Of a stretch of 61,942 bases of DNA, positions 24,300-37,150 are shown piece after piece. Each line of letters starts with the position of its first letter. Within the stretch, counting starts at the first letter, position 1. The notes under the pieces were generated by a model that was not told where the DNA came from, made no database searches, and worked only from the letters and a program-made list of their open reading frames with translations. The position numbers and the translations under genes were made by a program. The DNA is from Hydrolagus affinis (lineage: Eukaryota). The stretch is taken from the NCBI GenBank assembly GCA_012026655.1, contig JAAILG010001781.1, positions 1 through 61,942 of the forward strand, given 5' to 3'.

Positions 24300-25745
24300 A
24301 GACATAACAATGATTGGATAAGGCCTGATACCTCTCCCTCAAAATCCTTTTCTCTATCGTCCCCCCAAGCCTCTACCACCTTCCTCTCAGATCTCTCCAC
24401 CCTCTTGTCTTCCCTCTCCCTTTGCTTTCAATGCCTCCTCATCTTAGGTGATTTCAACCTCCACTTCACCCAATCATGTTCCACCACTGGAAACGTTTCC
24501 TCATACCTTGACTCGCTTAATCTATCCCTCCAACAACAACAAGAACAACAAAATTACATGTGTATAGTGCCTCTCACGTCAGGAGAACATCCAAAGGTGC
24601 TGGACAGTTACTCCTTCAGACTCAAGCTGAGGGCAGGGATGTAGGAGGGGAGGGGAATAGGGGGTATAAGGAGTTGCTGATGGGTCGATCAAAGGGAAAA
24701 GTCTGGAGGCTAGACTTGAAGGAGGCCAGGAAGGAGGCAAGGAGGAGGGACTTCGGGATGGCATCACCCCGGGGTCTATCCTTCACCCCCTATGTTTTGA
24801 TATCTAATGCTTCCCCTTGGTGACATCATCCACAAGCATGGGGTCAAGTTTCAAATGTATGCAGATGACACCCAACTACAGCTTTCTGCCTCTACCCTCA
24901 ACTCCATAACTATAGCTGTCCTGACAGACTTCCTGTCAGACATCAAGTCGTGCATGAGAGCTAACTTTCTAAAGTTGATCATCAACAAAACTGTAGCCTT
25001 CCTGATTGGCGTGCATCAGCATCTTCCCACACCAAGCACCGGCAGCTTCAACCTCCATGGTTGCACACTCAACCTCACTAAGCCAGTCAGAAACCGAGGT
25101 ATCTTGCTCGATCCTCAACTATCTTTTCTCCCCTACATCCAAGCCATGACCTGCTCTACCTTCTCACACCTCTGCAATATTGCCCAACTCTGCCAATACC
25201 TCACTCCCAAGGCCGCTGAAATCCTCATTCATGCCTTCATCACATCCCAGCTTGACTTAGCCAATGCCTTTCTTGTCAGCATTCCCAATTCCACCCTCCA
25301 TAGGCTGTGGATAATCCAGAACTCTACAGTTTGTGTCCTTAACCACCTCAAGCTTTCCGACCCCATCTCACCCATCCACCACACAGAGGATTCAATTCAC
25401 GATCCTCAAATTCAAAGCTTGTCATGGCCTCACCCTACCCTACCTCTGCAACCTCCTCATCTCTGACCAACCACTCCGCAAAGCAAGCTCTGACCTGATT
25501 CATATCCACCAACCAACCCACCCACCATTGGCGGGTGAACCTTTAAACCCTCTGCCACCAAACTCTGGAATTCCATCGCTTTGTCCTTCCCCTCCCCCTC
25601 AAGTCCCACCTCAAGACCCTCCCCTTTGACCATGCCATCGGTCACCCCCACTTTCCCTCCACCCTCAGCTTGGGTCTGAAACAATATGACTTCCAACACC
25701 TTGGAGTGTCGTCCTAATGTGAAAAGCACGAAATAAATATAATAT
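24300..25745 (+). mobile_element. L2 LINE remnant (endonuclease piece, RT and tail) with an internal antisense tail
   Basis: LLILGDFNLH; YADDTQL; AEILIHAFITSQLD. Confidence 0.85.
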
Positions 25746-26419
25746 TGTTGTTGCTGTTATCCAATTTTAATTGATAAATATACAGGTGTTCAAAGTAAAT
25801 GCACTGTACAGTTCAAATTTCATGTGTAGTGAGCCAGGACAAAGAAGAAAATGTGCAGAAATATATACCTTTATGTTGTTACGTAAACAATGCAATATGG
25901 TGCACGATGTCTACAACTCTTTGAGAAGCAATTAATAGAAAAGCCGCCAATGGATGGAAAATGTTAAAATCAACTATGCAATGCTGTTAATGTGACGGAA
26001 TGAATCTCTGACAATGGAATTATTTATTGATATTTTCAAAAACAGCAGAATCAATAGAACTTTAGCACTTAGTTGTTTCATGCTAGGTGTTGTTTTTTCT
26101 TAGCAGTTCAATGACACTTGCTACAACTACTACCCATGCTATGACTTTTCTACTGTGTTATACGAATTGCGCCATATTTTGTTGATTCTCTTTTAAGGTA
26201 GCGCATATCAACTGTTTTTTTTCATGAATGGCGATAAAACAAAGTATCAAAGGAGACCTATTCATGCAATCTATGTTATTTTTCATTGAAAGGCTGTTTG
26301 ATAATGTTGCACAAAACAGAAGTGCCTAACTTTTACATTCAGGTTTTGGTTTCATAGCAGTTAACGTGTAATTCAAACCTCCTGATGAGGCATCCAAATT
26401 ATTACCATACAGTAACAAC

Positions 26420-26750
26420 AACAGCAAAATTACATTTGTAGAGCACCTTTCACATCGGAAAGGAACCATGGAGCCGGGCAAGGGAGGCGGTGATGGGATC
26501 ACAGAACCTGGTGCAGGAGAGGACACGAGCTACAGAGTTTTGGATGATCTGCCGCTTATGGAGGGAAGAGTTGTGGAGGCTGAGAAGGAAAGAGTTGCCA
26601 TAGTCAAGCCTAGAGGTGGCAAACGCATGTATAAGGGTTTCAGCAACCTGATGGGTGAGGCAATGACGGAGATGGGCGATGTTGCGGAAGTGATGCAAAG
26701 CGGTACTGGTCATGGCATGGATATGGGGGAGAAAAGACAGCTCAAGGACA
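26420..26750 (-). mobile_element. L2 RT fragment
   Basis: AETLIHAFATSRLDYGNSFL in ORF 26450..26818. Confidence 0.8.
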
Positions 26751-27021
26751 AACAAGGCAATGTAATTACAATAGTTATATTTAAGAAAGTTAGCAGATGG
26801 GTACAAACATTTTTTCACAATTAAGTATGGTTATATAGGTACGGTGAGCAATAACTTCCAATAATTTTCCTGAACACATATTATTTAAAAATCTAATAAA
26901 TGCAGTTATGTTTGAAATGGGTGGAAAGAGCAATGCAGCACAAGACTAACATGGCACATCATTTGGTAAACTTAAAAACTACATCTAATATACACCACTA
27001 TCAATTTCTGTGCCTGTTACA

Positions 27022-27195
27022 TTATTTGGATCTTGGTTCCCTGGAGATAGCAGCTGCTCCTTCTCTATAATTTCTCACATGGATCTTTGCATACTCTGTA
27101 TTCTTAACAGTACTTTTAGGTTTTCCTGGTTTTTTGGAGGGATGTAAATCCAGAACAGTATACATCACATTGTTCCCAGCTGTTCTTTGATTGGT
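27022..27195 (-). CDS. R3 terminal exon with ITIM VMYTVL and ITSM-like TEYAKI
   Basis: ttttcag|ACC, 57 codons then a stop; lies inside ORF 27022..27207. Confidence 0.82.
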   Translation of the reverse strand, partial: TNQRTAGNNVMYTVLDLHPSKKPGKPKSTVKNTEYAKIHVRNYREGAAAISREPRSK

Positions 27196-27652
27196 CTGAA
27201 AAGGCAAAGTTTGACAATTTCATCAATTTATTTTACTTCAGTTTTCAAAAATCTACTTTGATATTTGTCAATTATTATCTGCAGCATGGCATGCCCCATA
27301 CATCCTTTGATAAAGACACTGCTCCTCACAGAACTCAGCTAAACAGAATCTACTAGCCACAATTCCGTTCCATATTGGATTAGTTGCGCATCAACAGCAA
27401 ACTTGCGCTGGGAGAGAAAAGTGAAAATCCACCAGGTAAGCAATTGTTCAAATAATCTGGACTAGAAGTGTTTTTGTTTTGCTAAAGAATGGTGGATTGC
27501 CACAGTCATTTCATAGCCCAGGTCAGAGTCAGACGGAGAAAGGATCAGAGGAGAAAGGAATATTAACCACATAAATATACAAACTAGATTATGATAAACA
27601 TTGAAGTGAGATCCACTATATAAAATGTAGCAGGTACTATTCCGAGACATAC

Positions 27653-27760
27653 CTGGGCATATACAACCGTCTCATCTTGTTTTTTAGGTGTTGGAGTTTT
27701 TTTGCGATTCAAATCCATTTTGGCGTAAGTCACCAACTCATTCCCTGCTCCCTGCAGTGT
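27653..27760 (-). CDS. R3 second tyrosine-motif exon (VTYAKM; VVYAQ)
   Basis: ttttacag|ACA...CAG|GTATGT, 108 nt, phase 0-0, open. Confidence 0.78.
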
Positions 27761-28189
27761 CTGTAAAACAGAATGTGGTACAGTGTTGCCATCACTGGTC
27801 TGGAGATTCCTTGATAAGCATTGATCAAAATGCTATCAAGAATCAGTTTAAAATATTCAACATATAGCTTCCAGATATTGTATCAGTGAGAATCATCCAG
27901 TGTAGCAGCTGTTCGATGATCTACCGAAATATGTGATGTGCATTTCTATATATGGGTGATGTCCCAGTGCCTCATAGATTGACAGACACAATAACTAGTC
28001 TTATACAAAAAAACTATGTAAGTATACAGTGGCAGATTGTCAGCAGCATGTAACAGCACAAGATTAACCACAAAAATGTACAAACCATCTTACAGTAAAT
28101 ACTGAATTGAGTTCCATGCTTTACTGAAACAAAATAAATAAATTTGATAGAAAAGTTTTCTGTTTTCATTTTGTGTTTCTCAGATATAC

Positions 28190-28299
28190 CTGGACAAACA
28201 CAGTCCTTTCTTCTTGCCTTTTATATTTTGAACTTTTCTTGGAACTAATCAAATTCAATGTGACATAAGCCACTGGTTCATTTCTGCTCCGTGCTTTGC
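28190..28299 (-). pseudogene. R3 first tyrosine-motif exon, frameshifted (110 nt versus 111 nt in R1)
   Basis: GCAGAAATGA versus GCAAAGAATGA in R1 gives a premature TGA; the second motif also has Y>F. Confidence 0.75.
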
Positions 28300-28693
28300 C
28301 TATCAAACAGAATGTAATCACAACAATAAAAATACATTACATTTTGGTAGCAACTTTGAGGTCACAATGAAGTCCTAAAGTGCTGATAGATTATTGTCTC
28401 TACCATTCTGTAAATTGTTCTGTAAGGGCTAATCAGAAAGCCTGTGAGAATAAATATTTTCACCAAAGTTCATAATTTTACCAAATATTTTATAAGCAGA
28501 GTATTATTGGGTAATCAGTTATCAATTGCATGAAACTGGGTACCTCATTTTAAATAATACACTGAGTCCACACGGATGCACATAAGGAATATAGTCAAAG
28601 TGGTCTCATTTCTTAATGATGAACAATATCTTTCCAGTACAAAAATTCTGTTTTCAGGAGAAATATCTGCTGAAATGAATTTTAACAATGTAC

Positions 28694-28737
28694 CTGTTCT
28701 TCACCATGACCCAACATGTTCTGGTTTCTGCGGGAAC
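28694..28737 (-). CDS. R3 cytoplasmic linker exon (GSRRNQNMLGHGEEQ)
   Basis: ttctaag|GT...CAG|GTACAT, 44 nt, phase 1-0. Confidence 0.62.
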
Positions 28738-30420
28738 CTTAGAAGGAAATTCAAAAAATTAAATATTCACTTAAGTTTACGTAAATATTTTAAAATATAT
28801 TTTGGTTAGGTAGGCCAAATAAAAAGTGATTCTCAGGCCACAAACTGCCAGAGCCTGGGTCTAAAAACTTAATTGTCATCCAGCACAAAATTGCCTTTCT
28901 AATGTGCATGAATAATTTTAACTTCTTTACACAACACCACCTTCCTACCTAACTTCTCTTATTCCTTCTTGCACTGCTGCCCAAGTGCTCTCTGGAACAC
29001 CATTCCCGAGTGCCTCAGATTAATTCTTTCACATGCATGCTTCAAATTGTTGATGGAATAACTGAGAGAATAGGTAATTTGTAGTATTGAATATAAAACA
29101 AAAGTGGTAATGTTAAGATGCAAAATCGTTAATTAGACCACAATTAGAATAATGTGTCCAGGATTCTTAACCTTGGTGTGCCCTATGAGCAGATACTTTC
29201 ACCTTGGAATATAGAAGATGGTGCGGTGACTCACTAGAGGACTAAAATTATGAGGGTTTTGATAGCACCAATGGAGACTTTATTTCCAATAGTAGGATTC
29301 AGTACCAAGAAGATAGCAGTAGAATGGGAAATTTGGAGATAAGGATTTTTTTTCTTTTCATCAAGAGTAGACAGAGTATTTAGGATATCCAACACCCTGT
29401 TGGTGTGATCGTTGTGGTATAATGTACATTCACTTTCATAAGTGTACAGTACTCAAAGAAGTAAGCCATAACTTTTCAAATGCAAAGGTAATGGGGCAAA
29501 GCAGGTAAATTGGGATTGAAAGCATTGCTGAAAAAAAGCAGCCCAAACACAATGAATTTCTTGTGTGCTGTAAATTTGTATGGTTCTATCCAGCTCTAAA
29601 TGTACCTATTTGTCTTTCGTTTCAGGGATCTTTCCTGTCCCCACATCCATTTTATACCACAACGTTCATTGGCATTCCATTTATGAAGTGCCATTAATTT
29701 GGAGTTTTCCACAAGGCATGAATAACACTATACATGCTTCTCTATTCCCTATGTTGAATATTCCCCTATTCCTTGTTTCCCAATAAAAATAATAACAATA
29801 CTCATGGTTATAGCATTTTTTGCGTCTTCTAGACAACTCAAATTGCTTCACAGAATATACTGTAAAGTACCTGTATATTTGTGGGCGAAAAGCAGCAGCC
29901 AATTGTGCACAGCGATGTCCCACAAACGCTCGAGGTTATTATTTGTTTTTATTTCAAGGAAAATTATCCCAGAAACGTAATCCGTCATTCAACTGACAAC
30001 CAGGTTTCTATTTAGGTTTCTATTTCCCACTCTCTCCTGCTCCATGCCTGGCTATTGACAATAGAATGTAAACGTCTTTGTCACGGGTGAATGGGACGTG
30101 AATTATTTCAAGAACGAACACTAGGGGCTGAAGGACATTCTCTGCAGTTCAATCTCAACAGATTTTAGACACGGGTTGTATGGAAATTTCTGATTACATG
30201 TTCGACTAAATGATTACAGGGTGAGTTTTTATGAGGACATTTGCATTTTGCAATCAATCGCAACACACAAATCATTTGTATAACTTGAAAGGATAATAAT
30301 AATTCTTGCACTTGATACGGGTCAGTTTCTTTTTCATTGTCACCTGTAGTCCATGAAACAAATTATTCTATTCAACTAAACATTGACAAATAACTTACAT
30401 TAAAGAGGAATACATCTTAC

Positions 30421-30522
30421 CTTTCCGTTGGTATAATTGCCATTGTTTCCCAATAATGATCAAAAGCAACAGTAATATCAGCCCTTCAACTACACATCCA
30501 GCGATCAGTTGACGGCCAATCA
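30421..30522 (-). CDS. R3 exon 4, TM exon (VIGRQLIAGCVVEGLILLLLLIIIGKQWQLYQRK)
   Basis: cttgtag|TG...AAAG|GTAAGA, 102 nt, in frame; paralog of the R1 TM exon with a 12-nt deletion and G>E. Confidence 0.82.
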
Positions 30523-31003
30523 CTACAAGAACAGCATAAACTGAACGTGTTAGTGACTCCAGCAATGAGGTACACTTTCATTTTGGAGGTTACCAAACAA
30601 TGAAAATTTAACATCCAATTTGAAGCAAGTATTTATCATATAATAACAACAAAACAGGACATACCACGTTAAAATATGTACATTTGATGCCTTCAGTTCT
30701 GATTGAGCAGAGTCTCAGTATTGGAATATTGTTAAAGACAATTTAAGAGACGAAAGAGTAAATTCAAAGAGGGACATGTAAAGTTGAATGTTATTGCACC
30801 AATATTTCAATGCAGTATTTTGCTAGAAAATGATATGATTATAATTGTCTGTGTAAGTACATGTAACTAAACTTTGGATAACAATTTAGTTTTCATCAAT
30901 TGTGTTTGGGAACATAACAGCATATAAATAAATTTAAATATAATTTCCAGCAATGAGGTGTTTAACAAACAATGAAAGGCAGCAAGAGAAGTAGGCATCC
31001 TAC

Positions 31004-31324
31004 CATCCAACCCTGTATTGGGTTCAGAAACGGTGTAACTGGCAACCTCTGGATTCCGAAGGCTGACATGAGATGCCAGACAGGTATAAACAACCCCGAT
31101 CTCTGGAGGCTGTATCACTTCCATAGAGCTGGAAACTTCGTGAAGCCCATTGGAATTCTTGTCGTTCTTGAAATGAATCCCAGTTTTAACTTCATTGGCA
31201 TCTTTAAACCACGTGAGCATTATATCCCCTGGGAAAATTGCAGCCGGTTTACACACAAGAGTCTGAGAATTCGCTGAATCTCTTTCAGAATCTCTGCGGA
31301 CTATCTTCAGCGGCCTCGGGGGGA
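31004..31324 (-). CDS. R3 exon 3, C1-set domain
   Basis: ccgacag|TC...GATG|GTAGGA, 321 nt, open; both Cys and the Trp are present. Confidence 0.9.
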
Positions 31325-32239
31325 CTGTCGGACAGAGAGTGGAGCAGAATCTTATACTTGTCATCAGTTGGAATATAAAACTTTATTCTAATTTGAATTG
31401 TATAATAACTATTTCCTTGGCACATTATAAAATGGAATCTGGATTCTAAAGGCGCGAATGTGATTTCGCAGCTTTGAAAGTGTTGTTGCATTTGTTGGGA
31501 AACATGTGTTCAGTTTAGGAGATATATGTACAGTCGCCTTCGAGGGGCTAAAGAAGACAGGGGTACATAATCTTAACATTGTGGCTCACATGATGTTAAA
31601 CCGTTCTTATTACATTGAATATTGTGAAGTTGTGAAATCCAATCCCACGACTGGCCTTAGATGCAGAATTAAGGGGAATATACAAAAGGGAGACAGAACA
31701 TATTTGTAAACAATTTGGAGAGAGGTGAAGAAACTGGAAAAAGCTCTGCCACCATTCCAGGGCGACTACAACCCGCATTTATATAGTGCCCTTCACGTGA
31801 GATGGTAACGTTAGATCCAGATTTAAATAGAGATTTCACCATCAATAGAGAAATAAGCCAAATGTCCCCATTCACACCAACATTAATTTTCTTCCACTGC
31901 ATTTCTCTACATTTGAAAAGATTTCAACTGATTTACAAAAGATAAAACAGATTTCTTCGAAACCATTTTGTGGCTGTTTGTGGGACATTGTTGTGTGTGA
32001 AATGTTCAAGTTTTGTAAAGTGTTAATTTTTATCTTTCGTATTAACAATAATTATCCTTGTTTTTGATATAGTATCTTAGACATTGTTAAGGTATCTCAA
32101 CTCGTAGCACATAATATACTATGAACAGGATTGATTGTGTACTTGTGGGCAAAATTCAGAGAAAATATGTAAATCAGTCATTTATCATTGCCTGGACAAT
32201 ATGTGAAAGATATTCTGATGAGTATTCATCGCCACAATA

Positions 32240-32590
32240 TTAATGCTTATCTTCGAGGTATTCACAGTGAGAGAACCGCCTCAAAGCATTTAATTGGATT
32301 CACTGTAAAGTATGGTGAGTTTGCATTTCTGTATGAGATCAGAAACACAGCAGCCAGTGTTCCACACAGCAATGTACCACCAAACAGTCATGAAGTGAAT
32401 GAGAAAATTTAACTCATTAGCCAGAACACACCGAGGAAGAATTTCTCTTTTGCTTTTGATTAGTACCGCGGGATCTGTAATATTCACCTAAACAAGCAAA
32501 GGGGACCCGAGGTTAACGTCTCCCCCAGTGTGGAAGCCACAGAGCGCTCCTCAGCATCGCAGTGAATAGGGAGCAATCCGAGATAATCGG
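32240..32590 (-). mobile_element. Degenerate Deu-domain SINE; paralog at about 58330-58690, others near 21200, 47330, 53150 and 60650
   Basis: The reverse strand gagacgttaacctcgggtcccc...cattgctgtgtggaacactggctgc resembles the DeuSINE core as I recall it; not database-checked. Confidence 0.55.
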
Positions 32591-33144
32591 AATAAATGCC
32601 ATCAGGATACAATAAAATATCAGATCGATTAATAATAAAAAGAGGAATCCTTGTATTTGATATAGCACTGATCACCTCTCTATAAATATAGATTTACTCT
32701 ATATATGTGGGTTAAATCCAGCAGGCAATTTCACACAACAGTGTAAACAAACAGTCGTGGATTGAAATGACCGATTTATTGTTGTTTTTATTCGCCGAAT
32801 TATTAACTAGGCGTGTGGAGTAAGGAAACTTGGCCAAAGTTTTGCGCTGCCTGGAGCTGAACCCTGGACACTCGCTTCTAAGGCGAATGCTCTAGCCACT
32901 GAGCTACAGGACTCCAGCCTATAGTTCCAGTCACGGTGGTATGAAGGGACAGACATGTTTGAAAACCTTGTATAACGCAATGATGGAGCAACTCATCTTC
33001 CCGCTGTGTTCCGTTTCATAAATTTGCCGGCTCAAATCAGCGCAATAACAGAGGGCAAAACTTAATAATTTACTCATATTGATTCCAAAATGCAACACCG
33101 CATCACATTTGAACATTTTATGGTTCTAATATATTAACACTTAC

Positions 33145-33450
33145 CTTGTACAATTAACTCTGATCCAGCTCCATTTCCTGCTACTTTCCCCTTACGGAAC
33201 ACTGCACAGACATAGACTCCTGAGTCGTGCAAAGTCACACTTAGCAGCTGGAATGTATTGGAATCGAATACTTTCCTGTGAGAGGGTATTTTATGTAAGT
33301 ATTCACCCTCATCTTGTTTCCACCATTGAAATGTCAAAGCTGAACTTTGTTGATCATTCCCAATCTCGCAGGCGAATTGAACGTTTTCACCTTGCAATAC
33401 TGTCTGTTCTGGAGGATGTTGAATCACACTCACCGACGCATCAGCAGCAA
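33145..33450 (-). CDS. R3 exon 2, VJ-type V domain
   Basis: ctgacag|TT...CAAG|GTAAGT, 306 nt. Contains FAC...QWWK...DSGVYVC and NGAGSELIV. Confidence 0.92.
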
Positions 33451-33643
33451 CTGTCAGGAAATAAATTAATCTATAATTACTGATTATCGAGAGGAAAAAG
33501 CGCGACAAAGTAATCGGAGAGAGCGAGACAAAGGTGGGAGAAAGTTAGCAGGAAAGAAAGACGGAAGTATTCACTGTACACATCTTGAAACTCCTTATCT
33601 ATATTGTTTTGTATTGAAACTGTGCTGTAGTAAAATGACACAC

Positions 33644-33689
33644 CTGTGGCTATTAGAGAAAGATAGAGGATCACATCACTGGCCATCAT
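33644..33689 (-). CDS. R3 exon 1, signal peptide (MMASDVILYLSLIAT)
   Basis: ATG at 33689, donor ACAG|GTGTGT, 46 nt, phase 1; paralogous to the R5 leader. Confidence 0.75.
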
Positions 33690-33759
33690 TGTGAGCAGTT
33701 GTTGAGCCTCACACTACACCAGTTACTGTAGCAAACGTTTGCTGATGGTTTAATATGAA

Positions 33760-33790
33760 AGATTTTGCAATGTGGTTTGACTTCCTGTTT
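33760..33790 (-). promoter_or_regulatory. R3 proximal promoter: ETS (33779-33787), RUNX TGTGGTT (33771-33777), C/EBP-like TTTTGCAAT
   Basis: Motifs read directly from the sequence; position conserved with R5. Confidence 0.5.
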
Positions 33791-36700
33791 CCGTGATTCA
33801 GAGACGGGTTGGATGCGATTGGCAAAGAAAGTTGTGCAACTGTAGAAAATTTAATCACTCCTCAGATCGGCAGGAAAGAAGAGGGTGAAATATTACTATT
33901 GACCGTCTTTTTTCCTCATATTGCAGTAGTTCTTATGTTTCATGGAAAACATTCACGTTTATAATAACAACAACAAAATTACACTTGGAACACGCCTTTC
34001 GTGTTAGGAGGAGTAGCTATTTGATAATAACGCTGACACACTGTGCTAAGGAAACGACGTTCTATTCAGTGCAATAATAATAATACTACAGACAGACCCC
34101 GCTTAACATCGCAGTGTTGTTCTTGCTTAGCGCGATTCGAAACTCAACCATGTTAAGCGAATACATTTTTCTCATAAGAAGGAATGTAAAAACTGGAGTA
34201 AGATTCTTTGGGATATTTTTCATCAAAATTTTACTCGCTCCCTTCCCGGCTCAATCATTCGCTGGCTGACTGCCTGAGCGGCTCACTCACTGGCTGCCGC
34301 CTGGCTCTCTCTCTCGCTGGCGGCCTGGCTCACTCCCAGGTCCTAGTGAAATCTGACAAATTTCGTGAAAGGACAAGGAGTGCGTGGAATGATCTTTAAT
34401 GCAAACTCAAAAATTGGATTAATTTAAAGTTATGAGTAAATGTACAACATTTCATCTGGAAGCTGTGCAGTTCACCATTGAATGCTTGACCATATTGATA
34501 GTCTTCCAATATTTTAAGCATTCTGAGACGCCGTCCGGCATGCAGGGCATGTTGTTGTTATTTTATTTCATGAAATTCAAGATCATGAATACAAATTTGA
34601 TGATTTCAGGAACAATATATGTTCCTTTGTGTTCAGCATATTCAGTGACCTGGGACGTCCTCCCTACGTGAAAGGCCATCTAAAAATGTAATTTTGTTGT
34701 TGTGTTCTAACGAAGGGACATAGACCCGAAATGTTGATTCACTTTCCTTTCTCCATGATGATTTGTGGGACGCTGCTGTGCCATGTTTCGTCCACAAATA
34801 TACAGTCAATTCAATTTACAGTATATTCCGTGAAACGCTTTGAGACGTATAGACGATGCGACAAGCGCTATATCAAAGTGCAAAGATTATTATTATTATT
34901 CTTAGTTGAATCAGTGGAGAGGTAATTGTTTGACATATATTGCAGGGAGTTGATGCCACTGAAAAGTCCAGCATTGTCCATGCACAAATGGTATTCTGCA
35001 TTCAATGATAACTTGTGACTCCCCCAGCCAGTTTATTAAACGTGAGCAGCCCACAGCACTGATGATTCTATCTTTGCTCGTAGCATTCAAAGTAAGAATA
35101 ATAATAATAATGCCTGCATTTGAAATAGCGCTTTACACATCTTATCGACATCTCAAAACGCTTCACAGAATACCTTATACTGTAAAGAGAATTGACTGTA
35201 TATTTGTGAGCGAAACGCGGCAGCCAATCGCCAAACATTCGTGGATTGAAATTACCAATTTTATGATTGGGGTTTTTTTTGACGGATTATTATTATTAGT
35301 TGTGTGGAGTAAGGAAACTTGCCCAAGGTTTCGCCCTGACCTGCCTGGATTCGAACACAGGTCTCACGCTTGTAAGGCGAGCGCTGAGCTCCTCAGTTTT
35401 ATTGAAATGTTTCGGTTTCGATTCAGCGCGTGGATAATATTACTCGTGTCTGGCATCCTTGTAGATTATTTCAAAAAGAATCCTCTGTGTAGCGGTAAGT
35501 CATTAATTGATTTGGGATGCTGCCGACCTGAATTTTAAAATCGTGGCTGAGTGTAGAATAACTGACCTAAAGTGAGCTGTTGAAACATATTGAGGCTGTG
35601 CGTTAGAAAGTGAAAATGAAGAAATTGTACTGGCAAGTTGAAGCAATCACTGCTGTGTGGTGGATCGCACCCAAAATATCCAGAAGCAATTTCTTTATTT
35701 TGTAAAGAATAATATGAATATTTTGTTGTTGAAAATCTGACATTTTCACGTATATTCGAGACCCCCCAATCTTTAAATATCAGATCACTATTTGATTAGT
35801 ATGACTTTGAACACATTATAATAGCGGTGTCAGATGAAGCGTCAACCCTAATGATAATTGATATTTTTCTTCAATGTTCTGATCAATTATTGACTGTGAT
35901 TGTCATTTCTTTCCTTTCTGATTGCTGAGTTCCCAATCAATCTGATTTGACAATCATCTGACAAAATGTTCTCATAACGTTTTGCAAAATAGCTTTTTCT
36001 TTCCATAAACTGTTGGATTCTAATATAATCTACATAAGGATCAAATGGTGCCGAAAACGTGATTAATGCGGAAACTCCAAATGTAGCGGAATTCACAGGT
36101 TTGCGTCCGCGCTGATGGAGGAAGTGGAAGTGGGAAGCGGGAAGCGGGTTAGGGGCGAAAGATAACGGAAGGCAGCTTGACATCGCAATTTTGTATGAAA
36201 TGCAAGAATCCACGAAATCAAAAGGCTAATTATGCAACAATACAGTTTTGATAAATATATCTGTTATTATAGGAACAAAATATGAGACATCAATGATAAC
36301 AGGAACATTGAAGAACTTGAAGAGAATCTCCAGTATACGTCCAACTGCAGTAAATAAATATAAATAATGTTACACACGAATACTAATTGTAGATTCCTTG
36401 TGCCTATAAATTACCAAATGATGCAAAATAACTGCGGCTCGAATTCAATATATTATACTGTATTTGCAGATTTTAGAACATAGGACAGGCTTTGCATAAC
36501 TGTAAGCGTTTCCAATATTAACATGAACTTTGTATTTTAATTATTTTAAGTAATAGGTTGAGAACATTTCACTCAAACTCGAGCGGTTAATATGTCTGCG
36601 TATAACTTGGATTTCGATGAAACTCAGTGGGAGTTGTCCACCCCGAGTTTGTGACGGGCTGTAGGAGATTGTACCTGCAGCCATCAGCAGCCACACAGAG

Positions 36701-37103
36701 TGTGCTGGGGTATAACCACAGAGGAGATTCAGAGGCGGTTTGTAGTCAAGCAACACTTACCCAATGTCACATCAGAGTCAGTCAAGCCTGAGGCTAAGGA
36801 TCGCTGATGCTTTGGATTCAAGAAAACCTAACGCAGCGACAAGATCGCACAGTGTGCAGAGACACAGGTGGGAAACAACACAGAGGCCACAGGGAACTCA
36901 GATTGTGCTACAGCGCCGCTTATTGGAGTAAACTGGTTTTACATGTAATACCCAATGATATAAACGTAGCAATGTGCGCCTATCACTCGCGTCTTGCAAG
37001 TTTATCAGAATGTCGCAGACCTAAACGTGTCTTTTAATTCGGTGTTTAATTGTTTTATGAACTGTGTTGTAGAATTTTTAACGGGTTATTTTCCCGATTA
37101 AAG

Positions 37104-37150
37104 CAACTACCACACTCAACTACCACACTCAACTACCACACTCAACTACC
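37104..37150 (+). repeat. 13-bp tandem repeat CAACTACCACACT x3.6
   Basis: Read directly. Confidence 0.95.

Noticed and set aside
35005-35538. 177-aa ORF
   Set aside because: Mostly the antisense reading of a SINE; similar peptides recur at other SINE copies.
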